Shown piece by piece: positions 1 through 9,145 of a stretch of 64,000 bases of DNA. Source of the DNA: Dehalococcoidia bacterium (lineage in GTDB: Bacteria; Chloroflexota; Dehalococcoidia; UBA2979); the NCBI GenBank assembly GCA_965219085.1, contig OZ244720.1:1312001-1376000 (forward strand). The letters run 5' to 3'. Position numbers and translations under genes: made by a program. Every line of letters begins with the position of its first letter. Position 1 is the first letter of the stretch. The notes under the pieces were generated by a model. It was not told the origin of the DNA. It worked only from the letters and a program-made list of their open reading frames with translations, and searched no databases.

Positions 1-1019
1 GGGCGATGATCCTCAAGAGCGCCGAGCAGGGCGCGAAGATGACCTTCGACAAGAACCCCGAGTACTGGGAGCGCGAGGTGCTGCTGGACGGCGCCGAGTT
101 CCTCGTGATGCGCGATGTGGCCGCACGGCTCGCCGCATTCCGCGTCGGGCAGATCGACTACGGCTACGGCACGGGCAACACGTTGCCGAACCTGCGCAAC
201 ATCCTCGAGACCAACCCCGATGTGCAGATCAACCTCAGTCCGGTGACGTTCGGCGGCATCCCGTTCGGGATGAACCTCTCTAACCCCAAGTTCGCCGACG
301 ATCGCATCCGGCAGGCCTTCACGCTCGCCTTCGACACCGACCTGATCGAGGAGCTGATCTACGAGGACCTCTCGAAGACCCTCCCCCTCCAGCCCTGGAC
401 GTGGGTCTGGGATGAGGAGCCGACGGTCGAGTCCGGGGTGCTCGGAAAGTGGTTCGGCCGCTACGACGTCGACGAGGCGAAGAAGCTGCTCAAGGCCGCG
501 GGGGCCGAGGACCTGAGCTTCGACTCGATCTGGTACAACTACGGCCCCGACCACGACCAGCGCACCGAGATCATCCTTGCCCAGCTGCTCGCGGTCGGCG
601 TGGAGATGAACTCGAAGAGCGTCGACTACACCGAGTTCAACTCGACGTGGGTGCCTGCCAAGCTCGAGGAGGCGACGACCACGGGCTGGCTGACCGCCGG
701 CTTCGACGCCGACAACGCGTTCTACAACTCGGTCCACTCGGAATCGCCGGGCAATCGCTGGCGGCTCAGCGACCCCCAGGTCGACACGTGGGCGGACGCG
801 CAGCAGGTGGAACTGGACCCGGACGCGCGCCGGGAAATCCACAGCACGATGATGGATTACTTCCTGGAGAGGATGTACTGGCCCCCCATGCCGTCCGGGT
901 TCAGCATCAACGTCTACCAGCCGTGGCTGCGTGGCATCCGTTGGGGCGGCACCGACGCCACCAACAGCTACTACTACGACTGGGGCCACCAGATCGCCGG
1001 AGCGTGGCTCGACAAGTAG
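1..1019 (+). CDS. ABC transporter substrate-binding protein, family 5 (OppA/DppA-like), 5'-truncated by window edge
   Basis: KNPEYW, FADDRIRQAFTLAFD and ELDPDARREI motifs of SBP_bac_5 C-terminal half; ends AWLDK*. Confidence 0.9.
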   Translation, partial: AMILKSAEQGAKMTFDKNPEYWEREVLLDGAEFLVMRDVAARLAAFRVGQIDYGYGTGNTLPNLRNILETNPDVQINLSPVTFGGIPFGMNLSNPKFADDRIRQAFTLAFDTDLIEELIYEDLSKTLPLQPWTWVWDEEPTVESGVLGKWFGRYDVDEAKKLLKAAGAEDLSFDSIWYNYGPDHDQRTEIILAQLLAVGVEMNSKSVDYTEFNSTWVPAKLEEATTTGWLTAGFDADNAFYNSVHSESPGNRWRLSDPQVDTWADAQQVELDPDARREIHSTMMDYFLERMYWPPMPSGFSINVYQPWLRGIRWGGTDATNSYYYDWGHQIAGAWLDK

Positions 1020-1039
1020 CGAGCACCGGCCCACCACCG

Positions 1040-1065
1040 AGCGGGCGGCCACGTGGCCGCCCGCT
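1040..1065 (+). terminator. GC-rich palindromic hairpin after SBP gene
   Basis: agcgggcggcc-acgt-ggccgcccgct, 20 nt after the stop; weak U-tract. Confidence 0.5.
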
Positions 1066-1210
1066 TCGCGTCAAACCCACTCGATGAGGGTCGGCCGAGG
1101 GATCGCCCCCGGCGGCCCGAGTGGGCGCGACAACCTGCTTCAGCCGCAGGCTCGCCTCAGCCAGCTATATTCAGTGGGCACCCGTGCCGCTTGCTCCTGG
1201 AGGTTCCCCG

Positions 1211-2143
1211 ATGGCAGACGACTACACCGACACCATGGCGGCGGCAGCCACCGCCGCGGGACTCGAACCCGCCGCGATCGTGGCTCCAACCGATCACTGG
1301 GTGGAGCTCAACGGCATCCGGTTCCACTACCTCGACTGGGGGAACGACCAGCTGCCGCACGTCGTGCTCCTGCACGGGGGATCGCTGACGGCGCACACCT
1401 GGGACATGGCCTGCCTGCTGCTGCGCGATTCATACCACCTGGTGGCGCTCGACCAACGTGGCCACGGTGATACCGAGTGGACGCCCGATGACCAACTGGG
1501 CGAGGACAACAACGACCTGATGCTGGAAGACACGCGGCAGTTCATCGAGCACCTCGGCTACGACCGCATGACGCTGGTCGGCATGTCCATGGGCGGGATG
1601 AACACGATTCGCTACGCGGCGCGCCACCCCGAACGGCTCGACGCGCTCGGCATCGTCGACATCGCACCCGAGACGATGCGCGAGGGGCAGCTCGAGATGG
1701 AGGCGTTCCGCAGCGCGACGGAGACCTTGCGCGCCTTCGACGACTTCCTGGAGCGCGCGATCAAGTTCATGCCGCATCGAGCCCCGGAGCACCTTCGCTA
1801 CAGCCTCACCCACAGCCTGAAAGAAGTCCCCGACGGCTTCACCTGGAAGCAGGACCACCGCCCTCGCGAAGGCATGGAGATGAGCGACGAGGAGCGCGAG
1901 GCGGCCCGGGCGCAGGGCGCAGACGATCTCTGGAACGACCTCCGCGCGCTGCAGTCACCGGTGCTGCTGTTCCGGGGCGCCGACAGCAAGATCCTGTCGC
2001 AGGACGCGGCGGAGCGGTCGGTGGCGGCGATGCGCGACGCGCGCATGGTGGTGATCCCCGCGGCCACGCACAACGTCCACTCGGACAACCCGAAGGATTT
2101 CGCGCGCGAACTCGACGCGTTCCTCTCGGCCGCGCTCCCGTAG
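1211..2143 (+). CDS. alpha/beta hydrolase
   Basis: HGG oxyanion motif, DQRGHG, GMSMGG nucleophile elbow, C-terminal His (ATHNVH); GGAGG RBS before ATG 1211. Confidence 0.9.
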   Translation: MADDYTDTMAAAATAAGLEPAAIVAPTDHWVELNGIRFHYLDWGNDQLPHVVLLHGGSLTAHTWDMACLLLRDSYHLVALDQRGHGDTEWTPDDQLGEDNNDLMLEDTRQFIEHLGYDRMTLVGMSMGGMNTIRYAARHPERLDALGIVDIAPETMREGQLEMEAFRSATETLRAFDDFLERAIKFMPHRAPEHLRYSLTHSLKEVPDGFTWKQDHRPREGMEMSDEEREAARAQGADDLWNDLRALQSPVLLFRGADSKILSQDAAERSVAAMRDARMVVIPAATHNVHSDNPKDFARELDAFLSAALP

Positions 2144-2203
2144 GACACTCGAGGCGCCGCACTTCGAGGGCTCACGAAGGTGACGCTGAGGCGCGCCAGG
2201 CGC

Positions 2204-2761
2204 CTAGCTGGAAGAGGAGTCGCCCGGGCCGGTCGCAAACGTCGAGAAGTCACCGCCCTGGCGGCGCAGCACCTGCTCCCACAGGTCCGTCGGCTCCGGG
2301 TCGAACGGGTCAGCGGGCACCGCGTCCAGCACGAACCACGCCTGCTCGGCGATCTCATCCTCGAGCTGCCCGAGGGACCAGCCGGCGTAGCCGCTGAACA
2401 CGCGCAACCCCACCAGGTCGCCCCAGAAGTCGGCCGGACTGCCGTCGAGGTCGATCAAGCCGAGCTCGCCGGCTACCGGCGTCCAGCCCGCCGCTGCCGG
2501 AGCCTCCTCGCGCAGCCGGCCAATGGCAAGCGCGGCCTCGCGGCGTACCGGGCCGCCCTCAAACACCCGCGCGGGTGGCGAGGCGAGCGGGCCCCACTCC
2601 GGCGCGTACGTGGCGACCTCGACGCGGAATGGGCGGTTGAGGATGAGGCCCAGCACGCCGTGCTCGTTCTCGTCGCAGATGAGCACGACGGTCCGCGCGA
2701 AGTTCGGGTCGAGCAACGCCGGGGTGGCGACCAGCAGCTTGCCGACGAGGGACTCACCCAT
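2204..2761 (-). CDS. YqgE/AlgH family protein (UPF0301)
   Basis: LLVATP..DPNFARTVV, GLILNRP, GGPV, FSGYAGW..GQLEDEI. Confidence 0.92.
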   Translation of the reverse strand: MGESLVGKLLVATPALLDPNFARTVVLICDENEHGVLGLILNRPFRVEVATYAPEWGPLASPPARVFEGGPVRREAALAIGRLREEAPAAAGWTPVAGELGLIDLDGSPADFWGDLVGLRVFSGYAGWSLGQLEDEIAEQAWFVLDAVPADPFDPEPTDLWEQVLRRQGGDFSTFATGPGDSSSS

Positions 2762-2853
2762 GCCGCACCCTTCACGCACGCGGGCATACCGTGCTTCGCC
2801 CGGTCATCGCGTCGCTACGCGATGGTACGAACACGCGGCGGCGGCGCGCAAAG

Positions 2854-2875
2854 GGGGCAGCGTTGCCGCTGCCCC
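2854..2875 (-). terminator. hairpin, probable terminator of CoA-transferase operon
   Basis: ggggcagcg-N4-cgctgcccc stem followed by cttt on minus strand. Confidence 0.5.
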
Positions 2876-2905
2876 GTCGCGTGGCCCGAATGGCAGGTTC
2901 GCGCG

Positions 2906-2968
2906 CTACTTGTCCAGCCAGGCGTTGGCGATCTGCTTGCGGGCGTACGCCACAGGCCGCGCCGTCAT
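2906..2968 (-). pseudogene. 20-codon relic or micro-ORF resembling the C-terminus of a family-5 substrate-binding protein
   Basis: MTARPVAYARKQIANAWLDK* versus HQIAGAWLDK* at the end of the SBP at 1-1019. Confidence 0.6.
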
Positions 2969-2970
2969 CG

Positions 2971-4284
2971 CTAACGGTCGGCGTCCTCCGTGTACACGGT
3001 GCCGATCACCTCGTCGCGCTCGAGCTGCTCGTAGCGCTCCCGTGTGATGCCGAGCATGCCGAGCAGCACCTCTTCGTTGTGCTGTCCGAGTGTCGGCGCG
3101 GGGCCACGCACGGGCGTGAGCGGCATCCGCTCAAAGTGCGCCATCGGCGCGGGGTAGCGGCGCACGCCCGCCTCCGGGTGATCCACCTCGATGAAGAAGC
3201 CGCGCGCGAGCAGGTGCGCGTCCTCGAACATCTCCGGCTGGTGGACGACCGCCGCAGCCGGTACGCCGGCCGCCTGCAGCCGGTGCATCAGCTCGTCGTC
3301 GCCGTGCTGCGAGGTCCACGCCTCGACCAGCGGCTCGAGCTCGTCCTGGTGGCCGTAGCGCGCGGCCGCGCCGGCGAAGCGCTCGTCGGTCGCGAGTTCC
3401 GGCTGGCCCATCACCTCGCACAGCCGCGCGAACACCTCGTCCGAGGGCACCGCGAGCGCGAGCCAGCGGTCGTCGCCGGCGCAGCGGAAGACGCCGTACG
3501 GCGCCATCGATGGGTGGCGGTTCCCCCAGTGCGAGTGCGTGCGCCCGTTCATCTGGTAGTCGATGAGGCCGTACGCGGTGTGGTGGATGACCGCCTCGGC
3601 CTGGGACATCTCGATGAGCTGGCCCACACCGGTGCGCTCGCGCGCGATCAGCGCGATCTGCACCGCGGTCGCCACGTGCGCGCCGGCGTTGGGGTCGCCG
3701 TGGTAGATCGCCGGCGTCTGCGAGGGGTCGGAGTCACGGTAGCCGCGCAACATCGTGTGGCCGATGACGGCCTCCATCGTCGCGCCGAAGCCCTTGAAGT
3801 GCTCGTACGGACCGCTGATGCCGAAGCCCGGGAAGCGCACCATGATCAGCCGCCGATTGATCGCGGAGAGCGTCTCCCACGCGATGCCGAGGTTGTCGAC
3901 GACGTCGGCCGCGTTGTTCTCGATGAACACGTCGGCCTCGCGCACGAGGTCGAAGAACAGTTCGCGGCCCTCGTCGCTGGCGAGGTGGAGCGTGACGCTC
4001 TTGTGGCCGCGCTTGGCGAAGTTGAAGCCGGAGTGACGGTTCCAGAAGCCCTCGGAACCGTCGCGATTGAGGTAGATAGCGCCGGTCTGGCCGTCCATCA
4101 GCTCCGGCGGGATGTGCCGGTATCCCCCGCGCGTGGGGCTGAGGTGGCGGATCGACTCGATCTCGATCACCTCGGCGCCGAGGTCGGCGAGGATCATCGA
4201 GCCGAACGGTCCGGCCCACACGATCGCCTGCGAGAGGACGCGCACGCCGTCGAGGGGGAGTTGTCGGGGCTGCTCGGTCGTCAT
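2971..4284 (-). CDS. CaiB/BaiF class III CoA-transferase
   Basis: PLDGVRV..WAGP...LADLGAEVI, KRGHKSVTL, APTLGQHNEEVL; ATG overlaps TGA of upstream gene. Confidence 0.93.
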   Translation of the reverse strand: MTTEQPRQLPLDGVRVLSQAIVWAGPFGSMILADLGAEVIEIESIRHLSPTRGGYRHIPPELMDGQTGAIYLNRDGSEGFWNRHSGFNFAKRGHKSVTLHLASDEGRELFFDLVREADVFIENNAADVVDNLGIAWETLSAINRRLIMVRFPGFGISGPYEHFKGFGATMEAVIGHTMLRGYRDSDPSQTPAIYHGDPNAGAHVATAVQIALIARERTGVGQLIEMSQAEAVIHHTAYGLIDYQMNGRTHSHWGNRHPSMAPYGVFRCAGDDRWLALAVPSDEVFARLCEVMGQPELATDERFAGAAARYGHQDELEPLVEAWTSQHGDDELMHRLQAAGVPAAAVVHQPEMFEDAHLLARGFFIEVDHPEAGVRRYPAPMAHFERMPLTPVRGPAPTLGQHNEEVLLGMLGITRERYEQLERDEVIGTVYTEDADR

Positions 4285-5501
4285 CGTCCCGCCCCCGACA
4301 CCACGCCGCGCTGCGCAAGCACGGCGACGTCTTGCTTCGAGTAGCCGAGGCGCCCGGTGAGCACCTCGACGGTGTGTTGGCCGAGCGCGGGCGCGGGGCG
4401 CATCTCGCCCGGCGTGCCGTGCATGCGGAACGCGAAGCCCGGCAGGCCGACCGTGCCGCCCCCGGGCATCTCGAGGTGCTGGAAGAAGTCCCGCGCGGCG
4501 AGGTGAGGGTCGCTCGCCACGTCGGCCGTGGTGTTGATGGCGCTCACCGGGAGGCCCTGCGCCTGCCCGGCCTCCATCACCTGCTGCTTGGTGCGCTCCA
4601 GCAGCCACGGGTAGAACACCGCGTCGATCTCCGGGGCGTACTCGATGTTGAGGAGGTTCGGCACGAGGCGCTCGTCCTCGATGAGGTCGGGGCGGTCGAT
4701 CATGTTGCAGAAGCGGTCCCACCAGGGCGGCGCGCAGAGGACATGCACGTAGCCGTCGGTGACGGGGTACACGCCCATCGGCAACGCGGTCGAACGCGCC
4801 GACTCTTGCCGCTGGAAGAACAGCGACCCGGAGTACTCGTACGACGTGAGGTTCGTGCCCCCTCGATCCATCGAGGTGGCGAGGATGTCGTGCAGCGAGA
4901 TGTCGACCCGCTCCCCCGCGCCCGAGGTCTGCGAGCCGCGCAGCGCGCCGAGCGTGAACGCCGCCACCACGCCGCCGGCGAGGAAGAACGGGGCGTAGGT
5001 CGCGATCTTGAGCGGCTCGCGGCCCCACTCGGCCGTGATCGACAGCACCCCGCCCATCGCGTAGGCGAGCATGTCGTCGACCTCGAAGTCCCGGTACGGG
5101 CCGTCTTGTCCGAAGCTCGACACCGAGACGAGCGCGGCGCGCGGGTTGAGCGCCTCGAGCCGTTCGGGGCCAAGACCGAGGCGCTCGATCGCGCCCGGCC
5201 GGAAGCTCTCGATGACGAGGTCGGCCTGCTGTGCGAGGCGGCCGAGGATGTCTCGGCCGGTGGCGGTCTTGAGGTTGAGCGTGACGCTGCGCTTGCTGGT
5301 GTTGAGTTCCAGGAACATGCCGCTGCGGTCACGGTGCGGGATGTCGCCGGGGAACGGCCCCATCCGGCGCGACACGTCGCCGCGGCCGGGGTGCTCGATC
5401 TTGAGGACGTCGGCGCCGTGGTCGGAGAGCAGCTTGGTGGCGTACGGCCCGGCGATCGCCTGCGTCAGGTCGAGGACGCGGATGCCTTCGAGCGGTCCCA
5501 T
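4281..5501 (-). CDS. CaiB/BaiF class III CoA-transferase
   Basis: PLEGIRVLDLTQAIAGP, NTSKRSVTLNLK, APALGQHT. Confidence 0.95.
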   Translation of the reverse strand: MGPLEGIRVLDLTQAIAGPYATKLLSDHGADVLKIEHPGRGDVSRRMGPFPGDIPHRDRSGMFLELNTSKRSVTLNLKTATGRDILGRLAQQADLVIESFRPGAIERLGLGPERLEALNPRAALVSVSSFGQDGPYRDFEVDDMLAYAMGGVLSITAEWGREPLKIATYAPFFLAGGVVAAFTLGALRGSQTSGAGERVDISLHDILATSMDRGGTNLTSYEYSGSLFFQRQESARSTALPMGVYPVTDGYVHVLCAPPWWDRFCNMIDRPDLIEDERLVPNLLNIEYAPEIDAVFYPWLLERTKQQVMEAGQAQGLPVSAINTTADVASDPHLAARDFFQHLEMPGGGTVGLPGFAFRMHGTPGEMRPAPALGQHTVEVLTGRLGYSKQDVAVLAQRGVVSGAGR

Positions 5502-5598
5502 CGGCGGCTCCCCCGTGTGGCTGGGCGTGCTCGTGCAACGTAGGACGGCGCCCGCCGCCGGTCAACGTCCCGCGCCATACGCCGGCCCATCTCGCGGA

Positions 5599-5636
5599 CC
5601 GCGAGCCCCAAACGCCGCGGCCCCGTATGCTGCGAG
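5599..5636 (+). repeat. 38-bp direct repeat copy 1 (contains -10-like TATGCT)
   Basis: ccgcgagccccaaacgccgcggccccgtatgctgcgag; 37/38 identical to 6497-6534. Confidence 0.9.
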
Positions 5637-5723
5637 ACACCCACCACCAACCGTCGCGCAGCCCGCACTCACCGGGATGGTCAGACACGGTCGGCGAACC
5701 GTGCGCGGTTGTGGGGGAATGCC

Positions 5724-6221
5724 GTGGCAACCGAGCAACCCCCGGAACTGCTCCAGGAGTTTCCGGGCCTCGATCTCGCTTACGAGCGGGCCATGGCGTC
5801 GTACCAGGCGATCGCGGCGCGAGACGCGGCTACCGGTCAGCGCATCGACGGCCTACTGACGCTCACCGCGACGGTCACGCTGGCGGCACCGCTCGTCGTC
5901 GCCGCGACGGGAGCAGTCCCTCCCCTACAGTCCCCGCTCCTGGTGGCCGTCGCCAGCCTGTTTGCGACAGTGCTCGTGCTCGGGGTGGCAGGGCGAGGCT
6001 TCGTGGGAAGCCCAAAGTCCGTAGACCCCGCCGACCTCTACCAGTCCTGGATCGATCTGGATGAAATTGAGTTCAAGCTAGAAGCCCTGTACTGGGCGGG
6101 CGAACACTTCGCGCACGGGATGCGGGTCGTGTGGCGGAAGTCACTGATAGCTCACGCGATGACGACCCTGTTCATCGTCGAGATAGTCACGCTCCTGGCG
6201 TGGATCGCAAGCGACGTGTGA
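5724..6221 (+). CDS. hypothetical 3-TM membrane protein
   Basis: open frame with two adjacent hydrophobic helices, a polar loop, RK, then a terminal helix; GTG start inferred. Confidence 0.7.
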   Translation: MATEQPPELLQEFPGLDLAYERAMASYQAIAARDAATGQRIDGLLTLTATVTLAAPLVVAATGAVPPLQSPLLVAVASLFATVLVLGVAGRGFVGSPKSVDPADLYQSWIDLDEIEFKLEALYWAGEHFAHGMRVVWRKSLIAHAMTTLFIVEIVTLLAWIASDV

Positions 6222-6235
6222 CCTCGAAGGTCCGC

Positions 6236-6445
6236 TCACCGGGAGCGAGTCCGGCGCGCCGGAGGCGGACGCCGCTTCGGGGGTCGCAGGCCTTCACTGA
6301 ACTCTCGGCCGGGGTCTGGCGCGCCACCCCTGCGGGGACGGTCGCTCTTCCCGATCTTCACGCGGCCCGGCGGGCGTCCGCCCTCCTTGATCTCCATCCT
6401 GGGATCCGGAGCGATCGTCAGCCTCTGCGGCCTGGATGCGGGCAT
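6236..6445 (-). CDS. small basic Pro/Arg-rich hypothetical protein (69 aa)
   Basis: AGGAGG RBS just upstream of ATG 6445 and TACACT -10-like hexamer at 6470-6465. Confidence 0.45.
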   Translation of the reverse strand: MPASRPQRLTIAPDPRMEIKEGGRPPGRVKIGKSDRPRRGGAPDPGREFSEGLRPPKRRPPPARRTRSR

Positions 6446-6496
6446 CTTGCCTCCTGCCGCCATCAGTGTAGCCCAGGCGCGCCATCCCCAGCCGCG

Positions 6497-6534
6497 CCGC
6501 GAGCCCCAAACGCCGCCGCCCCGTATGCTGCGAG
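6497..6534 (+). repeat. 38-bp direct repeat copy 2; likely promoter of cyclophilin gene
   Basis: ccgcgagccccaaacgccgccgccccgtatgctgcgag, ~40 nt upstream of ATG 6574. Confidence 0.9.
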
Positions 6535-6573
6535 GCGGCCACGACGCCACAACGACGACAGACAGGGGGAGAC

Positions 6574-7158
6574 ATGGCCGACAACGCACTGAGTGCCATC
6601 GACGAGTTCATCGCCGCGCAGTCGGTCGACACCTCGGGCGACCGCTGGCGCACGCGACTCGCGCAGCCGCCGCAGGCCGACTTCGACGCGGGCAGCACTT
6701 ACTACTGGGACCTCGAGACGAACGTGGGGAGTCTGCAGGTTCAGCTCATGCCCGACGTCGCGCCGATGCACGTGTCGAGCACGATCTACCTGACGCGCCT
6801 CGGCTTCTACGACGGGCTCATCTTTCACCGCGTGATCATGGGATTCATGGCCCAGGGCGGGTGCCCCCTCGGCTCCGGCACCGGCGGCCCAGGCTACGAG
6901 TACGGCAGCGAGTTCGACCCCAGCGTGCGCCACGACCGACCCGGCCTGCTGAGCATGGCGAACGCGGGCCAGGGCACCGACGGCAGCCAGTTCTTCCTGA
7001 CGTTCGTCCCGACGCCATGGCTGGACGACAACCACACCATCTTCGGCGAGGTCATCGACGGCAAGGACACACTGCTGGAGCTGGAACGGGGCGGCTCGCA
7101 GGGCGGCGAAACCAAGCGAGCGCTCGGGATCACGACCGCCACCATCCGCGTCGAGTAG
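6574..7158 (+). CDS. peptidyl-prolyl cis-trans isomerase, cyclophilin type
   Basis: FYDGLIFHRVI.GFMAQGG, LSMANAG..TDGSQFF, WLD..HTIFG. Confidence 0.96.
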   Translation: MADNALSAIDEFIAAQSVDTSGDRWRTRLAQPPQADFDAGSTYYWDLETNVGSLQVQLMPDVAPMHVSSTIYLTRLGFYDGLIFHRVIMGFMAQGGCPLGSGTGGPGYEYGSEFDPSVRHDRPGLLSMANAGQGTDGSQFFLTFVPTPWLDDNHTIFGEVIDGKDTLLELERGGSQGGETKRALGITTATIRVE

Positions 7159-7286
7159 CCGGGTCAGGGCTGTAGCCACAACCACGGCGGTCAGACGCGT
7201 CGCTGTTGTGCGTGGTGCGTGCGCTTGACGGTGTTGCTACGCTTCTCTGGAGCGCTACGCTCCCACCTGTAGCGAAGAAGAGAGTG

Positions 7287-7517
7287 ATGGCAACCTTCGA
7301 CGCACACCGCAACTTGACGAGCGCCCTGGGCGACGAGGGGGCCGAAGCAGTCGCGCAGTACCAGGAAGAGTCGATGCGCGAGTTAGCCACTCGCGCCGAC
7401 CTCGCGGAACTGCGGGCCGACCTGTACCGAGCACTCTGGATTCAGGGCGGCGCGATAGTCATGATCAATGGCGCGATCGTCGGCTCCGCACTCGCCTTGG
7501 CGGCAGCGCTCGGCTAG
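7287..7517 (+). CDS. small coiled-coil + C-terminal TM protein (DUF1640-like)
   Basis: M.TFD, AEAV, LATRADLAELRADL followed by hydrophobic tail. Confidence 0.65.
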   Translation: MATFDAHRNLTSALGDEGAEAVAQYQEESMRELATRADLAELRADLYRALWIQGGAIVMINGAIVGSALALAAALG

Positions 7518-7687
7518 ACGTTCCACACCACCTTCACGGCCCCCAACACGCCCGGCAGCCTCGTGGCGAGTCCGCCCGCCGTCGGCTCGAACGCCGGTAC
7601 GCGCCGGGCACAAACGAGGGCCGCGCCCTCGACGGCTCCGGGGAGCCATCGAAGCGCGCGGCCCTGTTGCGCTTCGCGTGGTGCGCC

Positions 7688-7705
7688 CGCGGGGTATCCC
7701 CCGCG
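7688..7705. repeat. REP-like palindrome, single copy
   Basis: cgcggggtatcccccgcg; same core as 44073-44187 and 45184-45205. Confidence 0.5.
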
Positions 7706-7724
7706 TCTCGGCGCGCTGATGCGG

Positions 7725-8948
7725 CTAGCCGCGAGGCAGCCCCAGCCCGCGCGTGGCGATGATGTTGCGCTGAATCTCAGAACTGCCACCGGCGATCGTG
7801 CTCGGGATCAGGTGGAAGTAGTTCTGGATGAAGCGCGCGCCGTACGGCGTGAGCTCCGCTTCCGGGTCCCAGAGGTTCGAGTACAGCCCGAACATCTTGA
7901 TCCCCGTGCGCGCGATGCGCTGGCCCAGCTCCGAGGCGAACATCTTCGACGTCGACGCCTCGTAGTTGGGAATCACGCCCGCGGCCTGCATCGAGATGAT
8001 GCGGAACGCGAAGTTGAACCCCACCTCGGTCTCGACGTAGCGGTCGGCGAGCTCGGCCCGCACCGACGGCAGCATGCGGGACTTCGCGGAGCCCTCGTCG
8101 GTGTGCGCGTACTCGATCACGTCGTCGAGCTCGCGCCGCGAGGCGACCGCGCCGCTGATGTTCGAGCGCTCGTAGTCGAGCAGCGTCATGCCGACGTACC
8201 AGCCGCGGTCGATCTCGCCGACGACCTGGCTGACCGGCACGCGCACGTCCTCGTAGAACGTCTCGTTGGAGAAGTGCTGCCACGCGCCGCTGACGAGCGG
8301 GCGCACCTCGATGCCGGGCGTCTTCATGTCCATCAGCATGAAGCTGATGCCGCGGTGCTTCGGCGCGTCCGGGTTGGTGCGGACGAGCGCGAAGATCCAG
8401 TCGGCGCGGTGCGCGTTCGACGTCCAGATCTTCTGGCCGTTGATCACGAACTCGTCGCCGTCGCGGACGGCGCGCGTCTGCAGCGAGGCGAGGTCCGACC
8501 CGGCGCTCGGCTCGGAGTAGCCCTGCGCCCAGGCGATCTCGTTGGCCAGCGTGGCCGAGAGGAACTTGGCCTTCTGCTCGTCGGTGCCGTGCGCGATGAG
8601 CGTCGGCCCCAGCATCGAGACGCCCTGACCGCCGACGTCAGGCGCCAGCGCGCGGGCCATCTCCTGCTTGAGGATGAACTGCTCCATCGGCGTCATGCTG
8701 GCGCCGCCGTACTCGCTCGGCCAGTGCGGAGCGACCCAGTTGCGGGACGCTACAGCCTGCTCCCACTCGGCGGCCGCGGCCTTCGCCGCGGGCGAACCGA
8801 GGACGCGGTCGTGCTGCCAGCCACCTTCGTGGCCGAGCTCGCCACCCTTGTCGGCGATGTTCTTGTAATACTCCGGCAGGTTGTTCTCAATGAAGTCGTG
8901 AACTTCCTGTCGGAACGTTGCCTGTTCGGCACTGTCGGCCCAGTCCAT
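7725..8948 (-). CDS. acyl-CoA dehydrogenase
   Basis: WAQGYSEP.AGSDLASL, INGQKIWTS, GGSSEIQRNIIA. Confidence 0.96.
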   Translation of the reverse strand: MDWADSAEQATFRQEVHDFIENNLPEYYKNIADKGGELGHEGGWQHDRVLGSPAAKAAAAEWEQAVASRNWVAPHWPSEYGGASMTPMEQFILKQEMARALAPDVGGQGVSMLGPTLIAHGTDEQKAKFLSATLANEIAWAQGYSEPSAGSDLASLQTRAVRDGDEFVINGQKIWTSNAHRADWIFALVRTNPDAPKHRGISFMLMDMKTPGIEVRPLVSGAWQHFSNETFYEDVRVPVSQVVGEIDRGWYVGMTLLDYERSNISGAVASRRELDDVIEYAHTDEGSAKSRMLPSVRAELADRYVETEVGFNFAFRIISMQAAGVIPNYEASTSKMFASELGQRIARTGIKMFGLYSNLWDPEAELTPYGARFIQNYFHLIPSTIAGGSSEIQRNIIATRGLGLPRG

Positions 8949-9145
8949 CCGTACCTCCTCGATCCGCCCACACGGGCGCGCTCATCGTGGGCGTTCCGAC
9001 GCCTCGCGTCAACGCCACGCATTCACCATGCGTCACCGAACCGGGCGCATACGAACGCCCCGGCCCGGAACGTGCCCATTCTAGCGATTCCGAGTGCCCT
9101 GTGTGCTACCTGCTCCGGGTTGAGCGGCCCGGGCGCACCGCGCTC

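Noticed and set aside
1084-1096. atgagggtcggcc resembling the IS110 sub-terminal sequence
   Set aside because: A 12/13 match in GC-rich DNA 21 kb away with no other IS context; probably chance.
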